Source: Trichoplax adhaerens (taxonomy: Eukaryota; Animalia; Placozoa). From it: DNA of 64,000 nt. Under the pieces are notes generated by a model. It saw nothing but the letters and a program-made list of their open reading frames with translations. It was not told the DNA's origin and ran no database searches. Location of the stretch: assembly GCF_000150275.1 (NCBI RefSeq), contig NW_002060952.1:828482-892481 (forward strand). The letters run 5' to 3'. Shown here in pieces: positions 13,501-28,400 of the stretch. The position numbers were made by a program, and so were the translations under genes. Within the stretch, counting starts at the first letter, position 1. Every line of letters starts with the position of its first letter.

Positions 13501-15231
13501 TAACAATTTTTATTATAGCATAATATACAGTAGAACTGTTTATTGTCAAGACCGAAATTAAATTGAACAAGTTTTGTACAAAGAAACTTCTATACCTCAA
13601 TGTAAGTCACATTGTAAAGATGAGAACACCATCTACAGATTCATTTATATCTTCTGGAAGAAGATTTTGAAGGACACTATAACTACGCCAATAACCAATT
13701 TCAATTGAAAGCTTAGGTAAGTACCATAACAAAATTTAAAGTTTTATTCATTCAGCTTCTATACTGCTCGTATTTCCTTATTAATAAAATTAATAATTAA
13801 TGATCAAGACAGAAACTGATAGATGAATATATTCATTGAATTATCAGAGATTTTAAGGTTGTACAGTAGCCTTGCCGTTATGTTCGATAACCGTAATATA
13901 TGCATTCAAATAGATATCAGAACACATTCTGTAATCAATAACTAGACCGGAAAACGCATATTTTAGGCAAGATATTACGTACAATCTAATCGCTAGATCA
14001 TTTTATAACTACCGCTTTTTCTCTTAATTGATTTATGATCAGAAAGTATAATAGTTGTAATTAGCCCACGTTCAAATATAAAGTAAGATTCTGAAATTAT
14101 TTTAAATGCTACGGTATGTTTTCAGAATTAATGTGAGTACTTTTTAACTTCTGCATATCAATGTGGTATAATTAATAATAAGAAGAAAATATGTCTGCTG
14201 TTAATAATACGAGATACACCAACTAATTTTACTTTTCATTAAAATACAGTAGTTGATGTACGAAATGCTTGCTTTTATCTACGACTCCTATTGACTAAAG
14301 AAAGAATTATTGAATCAAAAAGGCATTGATTTTAATTTAAAATTACTCCATTATAACTATTTATAAAGGATTTGACATCCTATTTACCCCTTAGCGTAAG
14401 ATAATTAAAATTTTCCATTAGTGTAAGTTGTACAAGTGGATGTGTATTAATAAAGGAAATAGATATCATTTACTGATAGAATAATATTAATAATTTTTAT
14501 ATCCAAGTGTAGATTGAGTGAAATATCCATTATCATCATGATATGCAAGCGATCCAAGTAGGTAACTTGATAAATAATTAATACTTGCATGGTCTGAATA
14601 GTTGGATAATGGATATATAAAGTGCCGATTATTCTAACTAAAGAGGATATGACACGAAAAAATAGAGGCATTATTCAATCTCGTTGACGTCTGATTTTTT
14701 CTAATAAATAATTTGATCATGAGTTGATAATGTATGATATATGTTAAAGTAATTAGTGAAACAGATTACGTATTGGCTGTTTTAATTACTATTAAGAATT
14801 GCATTCAATGGAATGGATGAGAGAAAGAGTGTATGCGTTTGTTGGGCTACGAATAGTACTGTACTGTCCGTTATTTTGCTGTCGATCAAATCAATAATTG
14901 TTGTCTAGTTCCTCACATCCGTATCAGCTAGTGTAGTTTTTGTTCTACTAAACAATGCCAACCGTTTCTCCAAATCTATCAATATAAATAAGGGTGGATT
15001 TGATTTAACGATAAGTTGAATCTATTGTCGTTGTCCAAGGCCTTCTATAGTAAAATTGCCATCATTACAGGCCATTTTCTAATTGGCATAATAATTTTTG
15101 ATAGCAACATATTATTGTTATTATTCAATTTGCCCGAATTGCCCAATTTTTAAGTTCATTTTCGTCGTGGTTACATCATTTCATTTCCCTAACAAAAATT
15201 GACGAGTAAAAGTATGCGCTTACTACTATAG

Positions 15232-15467
15232 GTTTTGTCCATTCGTAAACAGCCATGGCTATGACGGAGACGTGATAGGATGTGAAATTTCTTGGTAGAC
15301 GTATAGTAAAATAAAAACGAATCATTATTGAACTAATTGGCTGAAGATTGAATTAATTTGGCTATATTTTCAACGTGGGCCATCTATCAAAACTTGTCTG
15401 CTTTGGTATCAACCATTACTCAAGTTATACCAGCACCTGCACCTGCTAATTCAATTGCAGGTTAGCA
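15232..15467 (+). pseudogene. Possible degenerate fragment of a third paralogue of the A/B family
   Basis: After a TATAG acceptor, different frames give colinear motifs IRKQP, GDVIxxEI, W..CFG and SYTSTCTC, ending near a GTAAGT donor. These echo IKSQP/IGQQP, RDVIRKAEI, W..GCFG and SYPMFCTC of the paralogues. The match requires frameshifts, stops and an internal deletion. Confidence 0.25.
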
Positions 15468-18400
15468 GTAAGTAATTTTTCAATCAAAAAGTTAACTAAA
15501 ATTTAATTGCAATAACGAAAGCCAAATTTTTTATTGAGTTCTAAAAGTGCTTTCATAAACCGTTACAGTTATTAAAAACATGAATACTGTAGATATTTTT
15601 ACACCGATGCTATGACAACTCAGGTAGTGAGACGATTTTGTATTCGTGAGTACGATAAAATGCAAATTATTTTTTTTGCCTTACAGTATTCATTACAACG
15701 CTACTTACTATAATGAATAGCCAATATCGCTATGCTACTCACCATTTTTATACTACTATTCCATTTCGATTTCTAGTTGAGTAAAGTAATTGTTAAATAT
15801 ACTGTTGGTGTTAAGTAAGATTTACAGGCCAACCACTAAAAACCCTAGAGAAAATTATGAAATTCTTCTCATTCGCATTGTCCATGACAAAATCATCTCA
15901 TTGATCTTATAACTCACTCTATTATTATACTATCCAATTTGTACTTTAAATTCTAGTTTATGAAAAGAAATGGAGATAATATTTCATACGATCTTTACAA
16001 TATGGTATAAAGTAGTCGATTACACTTAAGTGATACACTGCGAAAATATACCTTTGTGAGAAATCAGTTTCTTAGTGCGGTGTTAAAACTTAATTTGCAT
16101 CTTTACCGCGATAGCTAAGGTTGACTGACACTTAATTTAATTAAATTCTTGCCGATGTCTTTAAAAAGGATGCGCTATATCTAAATTGTATAAGTTTATC
16201 GGTAGAGAATTGTAATCTCTTCGATGAATTTTCCGTTAAGTGTTATCACAAATTTTAAGCAGATAGTGAATATCTCATTTTTTTCTATTTTCTTGACACT
16301 CCTTAATATGATCAACGCTATTAGATGGGCTTACAATTAATTTTCGATTTGTAGCGAATCTATTTAAATCAGAAATTTGATGGAAGAAAGAATACTAAAC
16401 AAATAGACCAATTTTTATTCTCTATGTCCACATCCACATGCTATGACGCGTTTTCTATGCACGTCCAGTACTAGCATATTTTTATTTGATCTGTGGACTC
16501 AAATTGGATTAAAAAGGGTATATTTCAACAAAATAATTATATATTACGCTTGAGTAATAAAATCAATTGAAAGTTAAATTTTTTGCTTATATAAATTGAT
16601 ATTATTGATAACGTAGCATCATAAGCTATCCTATTTAAAAAATTCTATTCCTCGATATGTAAGTGTGAGTTTTAAAGGATATGCTGATCTGGTATCATTA
16701 ATAAATTCAACTGAAGAATTGATAATTAGTTAATCCGGTGCTAGCAATTTTCTTTCAAGAAGTTCTTTGATAGTAGAAGCTCTGATTTAGTAGAAATCGT
16801 TGATGCTTTAAGACTTAAGATTTATATGCCATGTGGACATCGATTGAACTTTTGTAAGCGATAATCGCTGGTGGATGGGATTGCATTATTTAATCGATAT
16901 CTGATTTCCCTATCACTTCAGTATCTTAGATACCGTAGTATTCGTAGATTAGAACTAGTTTTAAGTTCTATCTTCCTATAAATTAACTAGATAAATTATG
17001 AAAGTGGTACATAATCGAGGGAATGCTTTTCAAGACTTGGTTTGAAATCAAATCTTTAGCAAACAATACCAAATCATACAATTTATGAATCTCGTCTAAC
17101 GCCATAACAAGAGTATATATAGCGTAAAGTAGTTGCAACACCTTAGCTTATACATAGATTTTATCATGATAGAGGTCTATTCTCAATTTCTCATGCTTTT
17201 TACGTTAGTGCTCGTTCGTAGAACAGATATTAATTGTGCATTGAATAATAATATAACTATACTTTGACAGTTAATGTGAAATGATATGACAAGTATTGAA
17301 GCGATTGAGGTTAAATGAAAGCTAGTGATCATCTTGAAAAATGAATTGAACTACTTTTGATGCGTGAATATGCTTAACTAGCTGATTGGTTTTAAAAATT
17401 CTCTCGATCAAAAATGATTGTTTCTTTGTAAGACGAATAGTATAAATGCGCTTTTTCATATGTCGGCTGCTGTCCACAAATACTTTATTTCAAACCAACT
17501 ACTGCAGGAATCTTTGCGTAAGCTGCAAATTCATTTCGATTACAGAAACGACAAGATTTTATTTTTGGCTGAGATTAGATTTTGAACATATCTGTGTAGC
17601 AGTACAATTGATTCCTTAGGATCCATTTTAGGGTCCAATTTAATCACATAAAATTGTTAGTGTATATTTAAATATCAACGATAAAGAGCTATAATGGCTT
17701 AAAAACTAAATTCAACATCTTTAATTTTTTTACCCTCTTGTTTTCTACTGTAGCTATCGATGGTACGATACTAACTAAAATCAAATAAGAAACCAAATTA
17801 ATACAGTTAACCTATATTCAGATCGATAATACAATTTTATATCGCTCAAAACATCATAATTATCCTCCATGCTATAATGAATTGTAATAATTAACTTTGA
17901 TACTTTATTTTTATAAGATAGAATTTAACATTGCTCGCAGATTAACGAATGCTAACTTAGAAATAGATCATTTCCGAGAGGCTTCGACAGTAATGATGTT
18001 GGATATTCTTAGACAGTCCATATACTTGGCAATCAACTTTCCTGTTCATTACAGTACTTGCTTAGCTGCCATCGAATATTTCTTTTGAAATTTTTCCAAC
18101 ATTTAAAGATCTAATTTATCCTATGATTTGTGCTTCCAATTTATGTCAATATGCGATAGTTACTCACATTTGCATTTGACTGTTTAGATAACGATTTCCC
18201 TATCATTGTTGCTAGCTATTACTTTAATCCATGAAAAAAATTAATATTTTGATAAACCGCAGTCTAATTGCTGGATAAAATTAAGCGAAGTAATTCATCT
18301 TAGTAATACAGCTGTTACAGTGAAAGATCTCCATTCTTCTACGGGCAGTTTTTAATTGTTGCCGTGATGTTATATAAAGTTATAGAAAATAAATTTCTCT

Positions 18401-18492
18401 TTAATTGATTACATAGGCCAACTGTAAACAATTAATTAGTAGACATCTTGGTGTTGCAAACTGAATGAATGCTTTTTCAAGAATTATAAGCC

Positions 18493-19492
18493 ATGACTTT
18501 AACTTTGCCTTGCTGTACGATTGGTCAACAGCCTTTGGCTAAGCCAAAAATTGTCATTGATGAAGAAGGCAAAAGGGTAATTTGCATTGCTAAAATTGAT
18601 GCCAATATCATACAACGAGCCATGATTAGGCACTCGTGCTACTGGAGTCTGATACCAATTTATGGCTGTTTTGGATTGCAACCTTTGCGTGCCATATGTT
18701 GGGCATCTAATGAGAGTCGGTTACAAGCGGAAGCCATCCATTTAATCCTTTATGAAAGCTACCTACAATTAGACGTGGATAGCTATCCTATGTTTTGTAC
18801 TTGCAGTGGATCCGGACCACCTCCAGATCCTTACAATGAATTTAGTAAGTTAAAGGAACACGATAGCTACAACTGATTCTACGCTGTTTTATAATTAAAA
18901 AAAGAGTTAATATTCCTGTAGATGATAAAATCTCTTTTCAGACCGATAGGATATAAATCAGGCGAATTTAAGTCTTAGCTTAGGCATTATATTGCGGCAT
19001 AATGCTAGTATTTATTTTACTCGTAACTGAGCAATTTTTTACTTTTTAAAATTGCTAGCATTTTGTTCAATCTTGCCAGCTACATCAACTGCGATTGACT
19101 TGAGTGATATTAAAGATATCAAAATAGAAAGCTTTATGGGTTGCCAAAGGTTACATATTGTTGGCCACGTTAATGAAGAGCGTGTTTCTATCATTGTGCT
19201 AGGAATTGAAAACCTTAATGAATTTACACAATTATTAGAAATTTATACGGTCAAATGTAAAGATAGAAACAATTCTATGACCAATGGCAACAATAATAGC
19301 CAAAATAATCATCGTATTACAAAAAGTTATACCGTCGAAAGTTGCTTAAATGGTTATCATTCTTCATCACGAGGTTCTCTAGCGGTCAATACTAGCATAA
19401 CAGTTGGGCTGGAAAATCCTTTACGAGTTGTAAAAGAAAATGAATTTAAGGAAAAGCCTAGTACTAGCGAGATATCACCAATTGCTTTATGA
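18493..19492 (+). CDS. Uncharacterised Cys-rich protein, paralogue B (261 aa) with Asn/Ser-rich C-terminal extension
   Basis: Exons 18493-18844 and 19059-19492, with a phase-1 intron GTAAGT...TGCTAG. The junction reads PPPDPYNEFTFCSILPATSTAIDLSDIKDI. Homologous to paralogue A over both exons. Confidence 0.85.
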
Positions 19493-22400
19493 ATAGTAAT
19501 ATATCCAAGCTACTAATTATATCATTCGTTACACACAACAGAATTCTCATCAAAAATTAAGTATTTTCTAACTTCTTACAATAAAGGAAATTTTGAAAGG
19601 GTTAATGAAATTTTAATCCTTTCTTAATGCGTATTTGATTTAAATTAAGATAATATAACTATTTTAAGGCAAAGAGTAAGCGTGATTATTTACTTAAAAC
19701 CTATACACTCAATTTAGCTCATCAGTATACTAGCAATAAGTCTGTAGCACTGATCTAATGGCAAGAAAAGTATAAAAATTATCCATAATGGTACCAACTT
19801 CAATGGTTCTAGTAATAATAGAAATACTCTATATCGTCGGCTACACCTAGACTTCGTACTATCAAGCAGCCATGTATTAGGTTGAGAAGATAAAACTGCA
19901 TAAGTAAATTTTCAAAATAAGACTAGAATTTATGCTAGTTAAAGTTGGACAATACATGAAACTGCTTTGACTACAATATTTCTAAAGTGTAACTGTTGCC
20001 TTTAAAACTTAAATTCAGACTTTGATCGAAATCGTAATAAAACTAAAAGTTGGTTCGCTATTTATGAAGACATTGTCAACGTCATTGCGATTACCGTGGT
20101 GTTAATACGGTATTCTGCCTTGAGCTATCGATGACTTCGCAGATGATTGTGGAAAACGTAGAACTACTAATCCCTATAATATTAAAGGTATTTGTATACG
20201 TATTTTGTTAATATTTGTGTAACCAGTCTAATTTGTTATAGACCAATGGATGCTATGATTATTTCAACAATGTGATGAAGGATTATTTACGGTACATTGG
20301 TTGAGTGATTGAATAACGACTTATATCGTTTTTTCTAATGGTGCATTTCATATGCTTGTAGCGAAATCTATGAATAATTCACACTCGTGTAGTAATATAG
20401 ATAATCAAGGCCACTTTACCTACATATAAGTTAGTGATCAAAACCTGATCGCTTTAATAGTATTGCGAAGTAAAATAGCTAGTAAAACTATATCGAAAAT
20501 TAATTATGATTACTTCTAATTGATAAATAATACTCAAATAATTAAGATTTAAATTGGAAAATTTTAAAATACCTGATATACCAGTAATCATAATTTAGGG
20601 GTTTAATTTAAATTACATAAATTAAGAGGAAGATTGCTTCATTCTATAAGAAACTGTAGCAGATTAATGTCTTCGTATGCTCATTACATGAAATTTGCTG
20701 ATAGTAATCTTGGTATCGTTTACAACAGAAAGCAAATATAGCTGTCGTAACCCAATAAAGGGTATCGTTGTGAAATCTAGCTACTAGCAAAAATGGTTTT
20801 TAGTTTCATTAACAATTTGTTTAAAAGTAGCGAGAAGTTCATGAAATTGTGAATATAGCGAATTTCTTACCTAATTCTTTAGTACAGTAATTGAGATACG
20901 GTCTGAATGCATTTGATCTATAGCTGTTAGCAATATATAACAGTTCATTGCTACTATCTATTACTAGTCGTTGCTATAAAGCATACATCGACCAGCAATT
21001 ACCTGAATCTGGCGACCTAATTATGAAATTTTCTGCTTACTGGAGGTACACCGACTAAAGTTCTAAAGATACACCTATGATTAAATTCCTTTAATCAGTA
21101 GCAATTCTAAACCAACTGTTGTGATAGATACCGCATTATTATTGCGAGAATGTTCTCACGCATATTCCAGTTCTGCTATTTAATTTTCCTTTAATTTTCT
21201 AATATGCGTATCTTTATGTAAGTATATATTAACTGTAAGTATGGCTTCCATACCGTAAATATCTGATATTTACATAGCTTATACAGCATTAATAAAGTTT
21301 GGCGATTAGTTGCAAACTACACCTACAATAACAACATTGAATCTTGGTGATACGCTGAATAAAACAGCTTCCGTAATAAACAAACAAATACTACACTACA
21401 AAATCATATCTTTACATAAGCAACAGATTTCAACAACGAATACTCTTACTATGGCTAATAAGCGTTAGCTAGAAATTACTACTACATTACACATACTTAT
21501 TGTAGGAGTAAAATGCTTATTATCTGTTCGAACATCGTTACATTGGTCTTTGAGTATATAAATGATGAATTTCAGCAAGTAATGAAACGTTGATAAATTT
21601 GCTACACCATTATGAATTAAGTATTGTCATATTTTGATACAGTATGTTAATTTATAGCATGATAGGCAGTGTTACATGGGCAAGTTTACTCACTTTAATG
21701 ATATCTATCCAACGGAAAGATATTGATCGAACGCATATGATGGTGTACGCGTAGATGTAGAAAAATATCTTACAATTTGTTTTAGTTTACAACCATTGGA
21801 ATTACTAAGTCACTATACTAGTTGTTTCAGTTCTAACAAACATTTACGACGATAAAGATATAATTTTCAGCGATTATGCCACTTACTATCGACCACTGAT
21901 ATCGTAATTTAATTTAACCAAATATTTATTTCCTGATATGTAATTCAAGAAGCCTTAAGATTTTACAAATATGATCTGAACCATAAGACTTATAACATTA
22001 GTCTGTTTATTATAGTTGGACATAAAACTTGAATTCATATTTATCGCAATTCCAATTTATAAATATATGTTATTGGTACTGATAACGTACAACTAGGAAT
22101 GCCAAATTAATTAATGCGAATATATAACCTAGCATTGAATTAATTCGGTTTAGGTAACATTGTGCACTAATTCCGTTCAAAACGAAGATAGCGCGGTTAT
22201 ATCTCCTCTTTCCTGTTATAAAACTTAAACCTTATTTCTATTGAACATCATTATTCCCAAATTTCTGTTATGTATAACGATCGTTAATGGTATTAAAGTG
22301 CTAAATTTCATTCAGCGTTTAGTAATAAAGTAACCGACTAATTTAACTTTTTGCAAAACAGTTTCTGTAATGTCATATGCATACGGTATAATACAGTAAA

Positions 22401-25400
22401 GGGTCATTGCAAAGGCCAGCTTTTATGAAGGGCTATTTTTATCTTCTGTATCAATACTGCCTATTTTCTTACGCAGCTGATAATTACGATTAAAAATTGC
22501 ATAACTATCTTATAATATCCAGTTAATTAATAGACAATTAGATATTAATCTTTAATGTGCATTGTTTTATCATCAAGGGCACGATTTAAAGTTATAATCA
22601 AAATAAGAATTGTATGATTCCATTTAACGCCAAATTTTGAAAATAAAATCTGTGTCATGGTATTAATCGTAACTTGTTCGGATTTTTTATTACTTTGTAT
22701 TTTAAAAGATGTAGCAATTACATTTTTAATGATCGATTAACGACTAATTTTCTGTATTGTTCGTAACAAACTTTCAGTTATTCCACATCGATATAAAATG
22801 CACCTGGACCAAAAATATTCTAAATGAGATATAAATATTATATTTTAATCATTTATCTCCCACTTATAAAAAGTGTGACATCAAATCATATTTTAATGGA
22901 TAAAAATGCACAGTAATATATTTATAGATGTGGCTACATGCTTTAGCTAACAATAAAGAGATATTAAAGTTCGCTGGTAAAGCACACTGGATTTTGACTT
23001 GAAAGCGAATCTATGATTAGATTATTGAAAAATGAACTATTCTTTAGACAAAAATATTGAGTTATATTATTTATGTTTCAAATTTATCATGTGTTCGTTT
23101 AGAAAAACATTCCAATAATCGATACAATATTTTCTTATTTAAATTAGACTAACAAATAAAGATAAATATATTTACTTTTTATCAGAAGACAGCGAACTGA
23201 TATTACCGAGTATACCGTATGAATGTGTTGCATAGTAAAATTAAATTTTAATGTATTTACCTATTTTTAATAAAGCTAATGATAATCTTTGAAGAAAATT
23301 TCAAATGTCGATAATTGATGAAGGTGTACGATTTATTTATAGTTATTACTGAATTTTGCCAATTCTGAACATCTTATGTTAATAATTCGTAACTATTCCT
23401 GAAAATCAGCTCGATAATTTCTTTGAGTAAGAACTATCCAGCGATGGCGTTTTTAGTTTTATTACGGGCGATTTATTAACCATTAGATCATGCCCTTAAA
23501 TGTTCTATATTCACAATGGACTTATTGAGTGCTCAGTACCCTTGCCAGCATGTCAGTATGGATCGTCTGGCAATAATAAAATTTTTGAGTAAATTGTTTC
23601 TAACTGCTGACTATTGTTGACCTAAAGATGATCAGGAAGAATATGATACTACTGCACTAGTATTTAAACATGATAAAATAAAAGACCATAAGTAGGGACA
23701 GTAATAAATAGCTTAAATATTAGAACTCTTTTATCAATTAAACATAATATTCTCTTTCTGCAGTGATAATACTATTGCGTCTAAATACCACGGCTGAATT
23801 ATTCTTAATTACTGAAAGCAATTACTGTACTTGGTAATTTTATTAATTTGAAGCCATATCAGTACACAAAATAAAGGTATTTATATCTGCAAGTTTGTTT
23901 GAATGGAACTATCTATAGAATGGTACGCTTCATAAATAAGGCTATAAATAATTCTATTAACTATCCAAATTATATTCCATTTCTATTAAGTTAATAATAC
24001 CTACAATAATCTTATAGTCTACCGATTGAATTTTTATTACAATTCATCATTTGACGATAGTATTAAAGATTGCATTTAAATTGCTACCATACACATATTC
24101 TAAAAATTGGGCCGACGAAAGGTATAGAATATAGCAATAACCAACAAATAAATAAATAATTCATGTGACCAGAAATAATAATAAATCATAACAGGGAGCA
24201 ACTTCTGATTAAAGTTCAATAAGATTATATTTTCATTCATTTATTCATTCTAACTTTTGATATCAATTTATTATTTTGCGGTTTGTAGTGTATCATTATT
24301 ACCTTATTGAAAATGTAGTTAGATTTAAATATTAGTGTTATCATTAGAATTGTTTCGAATGTTCTAATCTACGCGCATTTTTTACTATTTCCAGGAAATG
24401 GTCTCCAAATAAAAATCATGAAATTAAGATTTCCAATCCAGAAGCAAAACTAGATAAATATAAATAACCTTCCTCTCTTCATTAATTAGTATTGCCGTAC
24501 TTTCATTTAATCAGCATAACAATGTTATTTTATTTCACTAATAAATGTCGATATTGAAGATACAACACCGATAGAGTTGAATATGTCGAAAGAAAATACA
24601 AATTTAATATTTTACTATTAAATTCTAAATTTAAACACAACAAAGAGATATAAAGCAATGTAAGTTCTTGGATTTTAATTGAAGGTGTTTCAGTTGAAAC
24701 TATAAATGATTCATGAAATAACTTAATAAAATGTATGAAAAGTACTAGGATTTTTAAAATTATTTCTCTTTCGTCTATAAATAATTTCTTCTCATTATTG
24801 GTGAAGTATATGATGCTGTTAATAGGATCTATTACGTCCGTTCAATTTTAAAACAGTCAGATTCAATTTCTTTTGGTGTAAGTTAATATTTTCATGATTA
24901 ATGCTTAATAAATAATAAATATAACTAATTATTGATCTTGTTTGTTACTTTCTTTACTGATGACGTGATTATTGATTAAATTATAATTTGTAAAATTTGA
25001 TATATAGATAATTGGTTAATTTAAATTTTATGCTAAAATGTCCAATGGGTAACTTGATAAGACTAAAGCCATATTAGTCGCATCTCCTAATTGATTATTG
25101 GAGGGTTTTATTAGCTTATGTTCGTTACCTCAAGGAAAAGATTTTAACTATTGATTCAACCTTCCATTGCTGTATGTAAAAAACGCTTGTTGCAAATGAA
25201 TACGAGGCACAAGTTAGAACGTGATATATTGAAGAATGACCATTGGTAAACATCTTTATTGCTTTATCTTTGATCCTTACCGTTGTTTTACTGTTTCTTT
25301 CCTTGTAATATAGTTGACATCTACTTATGCTATTTTTAAAACTAAAAAATGAGTTCGTAGTCAAAATATACAGAATAATGTATCGGCATTCCTTTTATTG

Positions 25401-28400
25401 TACAATATATGACGTATTCATCGTCGATAATATTATCAATAAAGCCTTCATACTTTATATGATTAGGAGTTTTTCATGAATAAAGGTGTATATGTTTAAA
25501 ATATGCACTTTTTTGATTACTTTGATAAATTCATGAAATTGATGGAATTATCACCTAGCAAGTTTATAATGGACATTTCAAACACATCTTACGTTAAATA
25601 ACGCTAATATTAGAAAAAATTATCATTTTTGCTTAATGATTAACTAAGTTTCAGTATCAGTTGATCAGTTATAAATATATTGAGGCTAATTACAGTATTT
25701 CCTCATATATTTATCGAATTTAGTTGTTTACTACGATCTATTGAATCTTCGATATTAGCAGTTCCTCAGTGATAATTCATAATTATTAATGATAATTATG
25801 AAATGGTTAATTTAGAGAAATAATTAATAGATACCATCACAACTGCTTCGTTCTCTTTCTTAGAATAAACTGTTTTATTTTTCTTATACAATAAAGAAAG
25901 CAACGAATTTTGGTAATTGCAAATGCAAGTGTGTAAGCACAGAAGGATATTCTAAATCATATGATCTAAAATTTGGGTCATTGTTGTCTGTGTACAACTT
26001 TCAGACATAAAGAGAGAATCAGGAAGAAAATTATAAGCACAATAATTACGCAAATATTTCGTATCAAACCTACTTTCTTACAACGGGATAATCATTATGC
26101 ACTTCAAGATGTTATTTGATCAGTCGACTTAAAGAATGATTTCACTAATAAGTAATATGCTTGAAAATAGATGACAGAATTAAAATCGTTTTCATATAAA
26201 GCATGCGAGTAGCTGGGGAACAATGTGCCAAAATTAATGAATACTTGATCATTCCATTGCGGTATTGAACAGATTTTCTTTACAATAGAAAGATTGATTT
26301 ATTGTAATAAAAAGTTTTATTTCTAAACTTCAGACATCACCACATCGTAAAGAATATTATTTTTAAACTTAAAAAGATAATTAAAAATTGAAAGTAGTCT
26401 TAAAATACACACGTACTGAACAGTAAGGACAAATAACTTTTTTCGACATAACTTATTAATGTCACGGTAGGCTAAAATTGATTACTTCGTTGAACTAATA
26501 TTATATTGAACTAAGATAAAATTGAAAACACCGCGCATAAGTTAATAGGTTGCTATGATAATAGCATTGTGAAAGTAAGTCTAAATTTTTGCATAGGTTA
26601 AGCAAATCCAATAGCGTAGCATTTATTGGTACCGTATGTCTGATAGAACATGATAAAGGTGATCCTTTCGGGCTATAATTCATTTCCTTCTATTGTAGTC
26701 GCTAATGTAAAATTTTGTTCGACCTTTCAAGCATTTCATCGTTCACAGATCGATATAATTACTCCTTCCAATAAGTCAAAAATAAGAATTTATTTAAATT
26801 TATTAAATGTAGATACTAATTTATTAGGTAAAAAGGATTGATTCTATTGCAATTCATCATACCATAGAAGTTCTTATACGACAATTTTCTATAGCGAAAT
26901 ATAGGTATCCTCAAGCTATATGTTGCGTTTATTAACAGTTTGACATGGCAGACTTTATTATGGATAATTAATTAGTTTTACTACCGCTGTATACTTTTAT
27001 TAGCAGTTACTAACATTCCTGTTCTTTTTAACTATATATTAGAAAACCGTATCATAATTGAAATAAATCCTAGTCATGATGCAATACCTTTTTATATAAT
27101 ATACTGCAGCCACTTTACAAGGCTATAATTAAGAGTGATATAAACACTTTTCAGTTCTTTGACTATTGACTGTGGATAAATTATTAATTTTGAAATCAGG
27201 CAATTAAGACATAAATGTGCCTGAAGGAGTTAATGCAATTGATCGTTTACAGCAGCATTGATCAATTTTTATATTCACTTCTCCAATGAGAGTAACATTC
27301 GCATGCTATACTGAAATTCTGTATTTCTTTATAGCATATTCTAATTTATGCATTTCTATGTTATCATAATATGGTTTATTAAGATTTTAGGTTGCATAGT
27401 AAAATTGATGCTTCTATCTGAGCTAACTTGAGTATTTGGTGGTAATTAACAATTGTAGAAATCAGTAGAATGTTCTTTGTAAAACTGTTTTAACTTCTAA
27501 GAGAGCAAATATGTCGTTCGAGGGTACGGAGTATTATATGTCAGCTTACGTATAGGAAGCTGGAAGGTAAGCAAGCTAGTGGTAAATAGTGTTTTAACAT
27601 GCTATTCTTGGAATTGAACTTCAGCCCATAGTCTAGAAGAATTAATTGAAAGTTGTAATCTTAGCCTGTATAATAAGAGCAAAATCGAGATATTACTATG
27701 ATCAAATTGTCTTACGTAGTTGTTATATGAATCAGTTGGCAATCTTTAGAGAAGCTAATAATGGCTATTCCTAAAAGCGTGCTACTGTAATTAATCGACA
27801 GCTACACAACTAATAAGACTAACATACGTCGTAAAGTATATCACAGCCATCTATTGTTTGACTGCAAGTCGCCTAAGATTTATCTTGAAACTTGGAAACG
27901 AATCTTTAGTTGAGATGTACGTTAATTTTTTTCGAGTAGAACTAAATTAGTCTTTGGCTACTGCGGAAAATTTGGTGTACAAAGAAAGCAAGTTTATAGC
28001 AGCTAAAACAGATAGACTATAAACTTCTCTCTTCGACTTTGTGCAAAAATGATAATATTGCTAGACAGGCAAAAAATACGTCGCCATGTTACCCTTCTTT
28101 TGAATGTAAATAACTATAAAATGGCATACACTGACACTATATACCCTATCTATAACTATTCTTCATAAACTAGTGATGTCTTACGTAATGTGCCCATCGT
28201 ATGCAAATACATACATAAAACAGGATTGATGCAGACCAGTTTAATTATTACTCGATCATCATTAGAGTGTACCAACTAGATGTAACAGAATTCTTATAGT
28301 TTATTTTTAAGGTACGTGAGTAAATTGAACACAATTAAGCAAAGCCTCCGATTGATTACCAATGGAAATCATGACATTTACTTTGTTTCATCACGAAACG

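Noticed and set aside
13590-13716. IHLYLLEEDFEG segment ending at a GTAAGT donor, resembling the IHLILYE motif of the paralogues
   Set aside because: Single short match needing a frameshift; not distinguishable from chance by eye.
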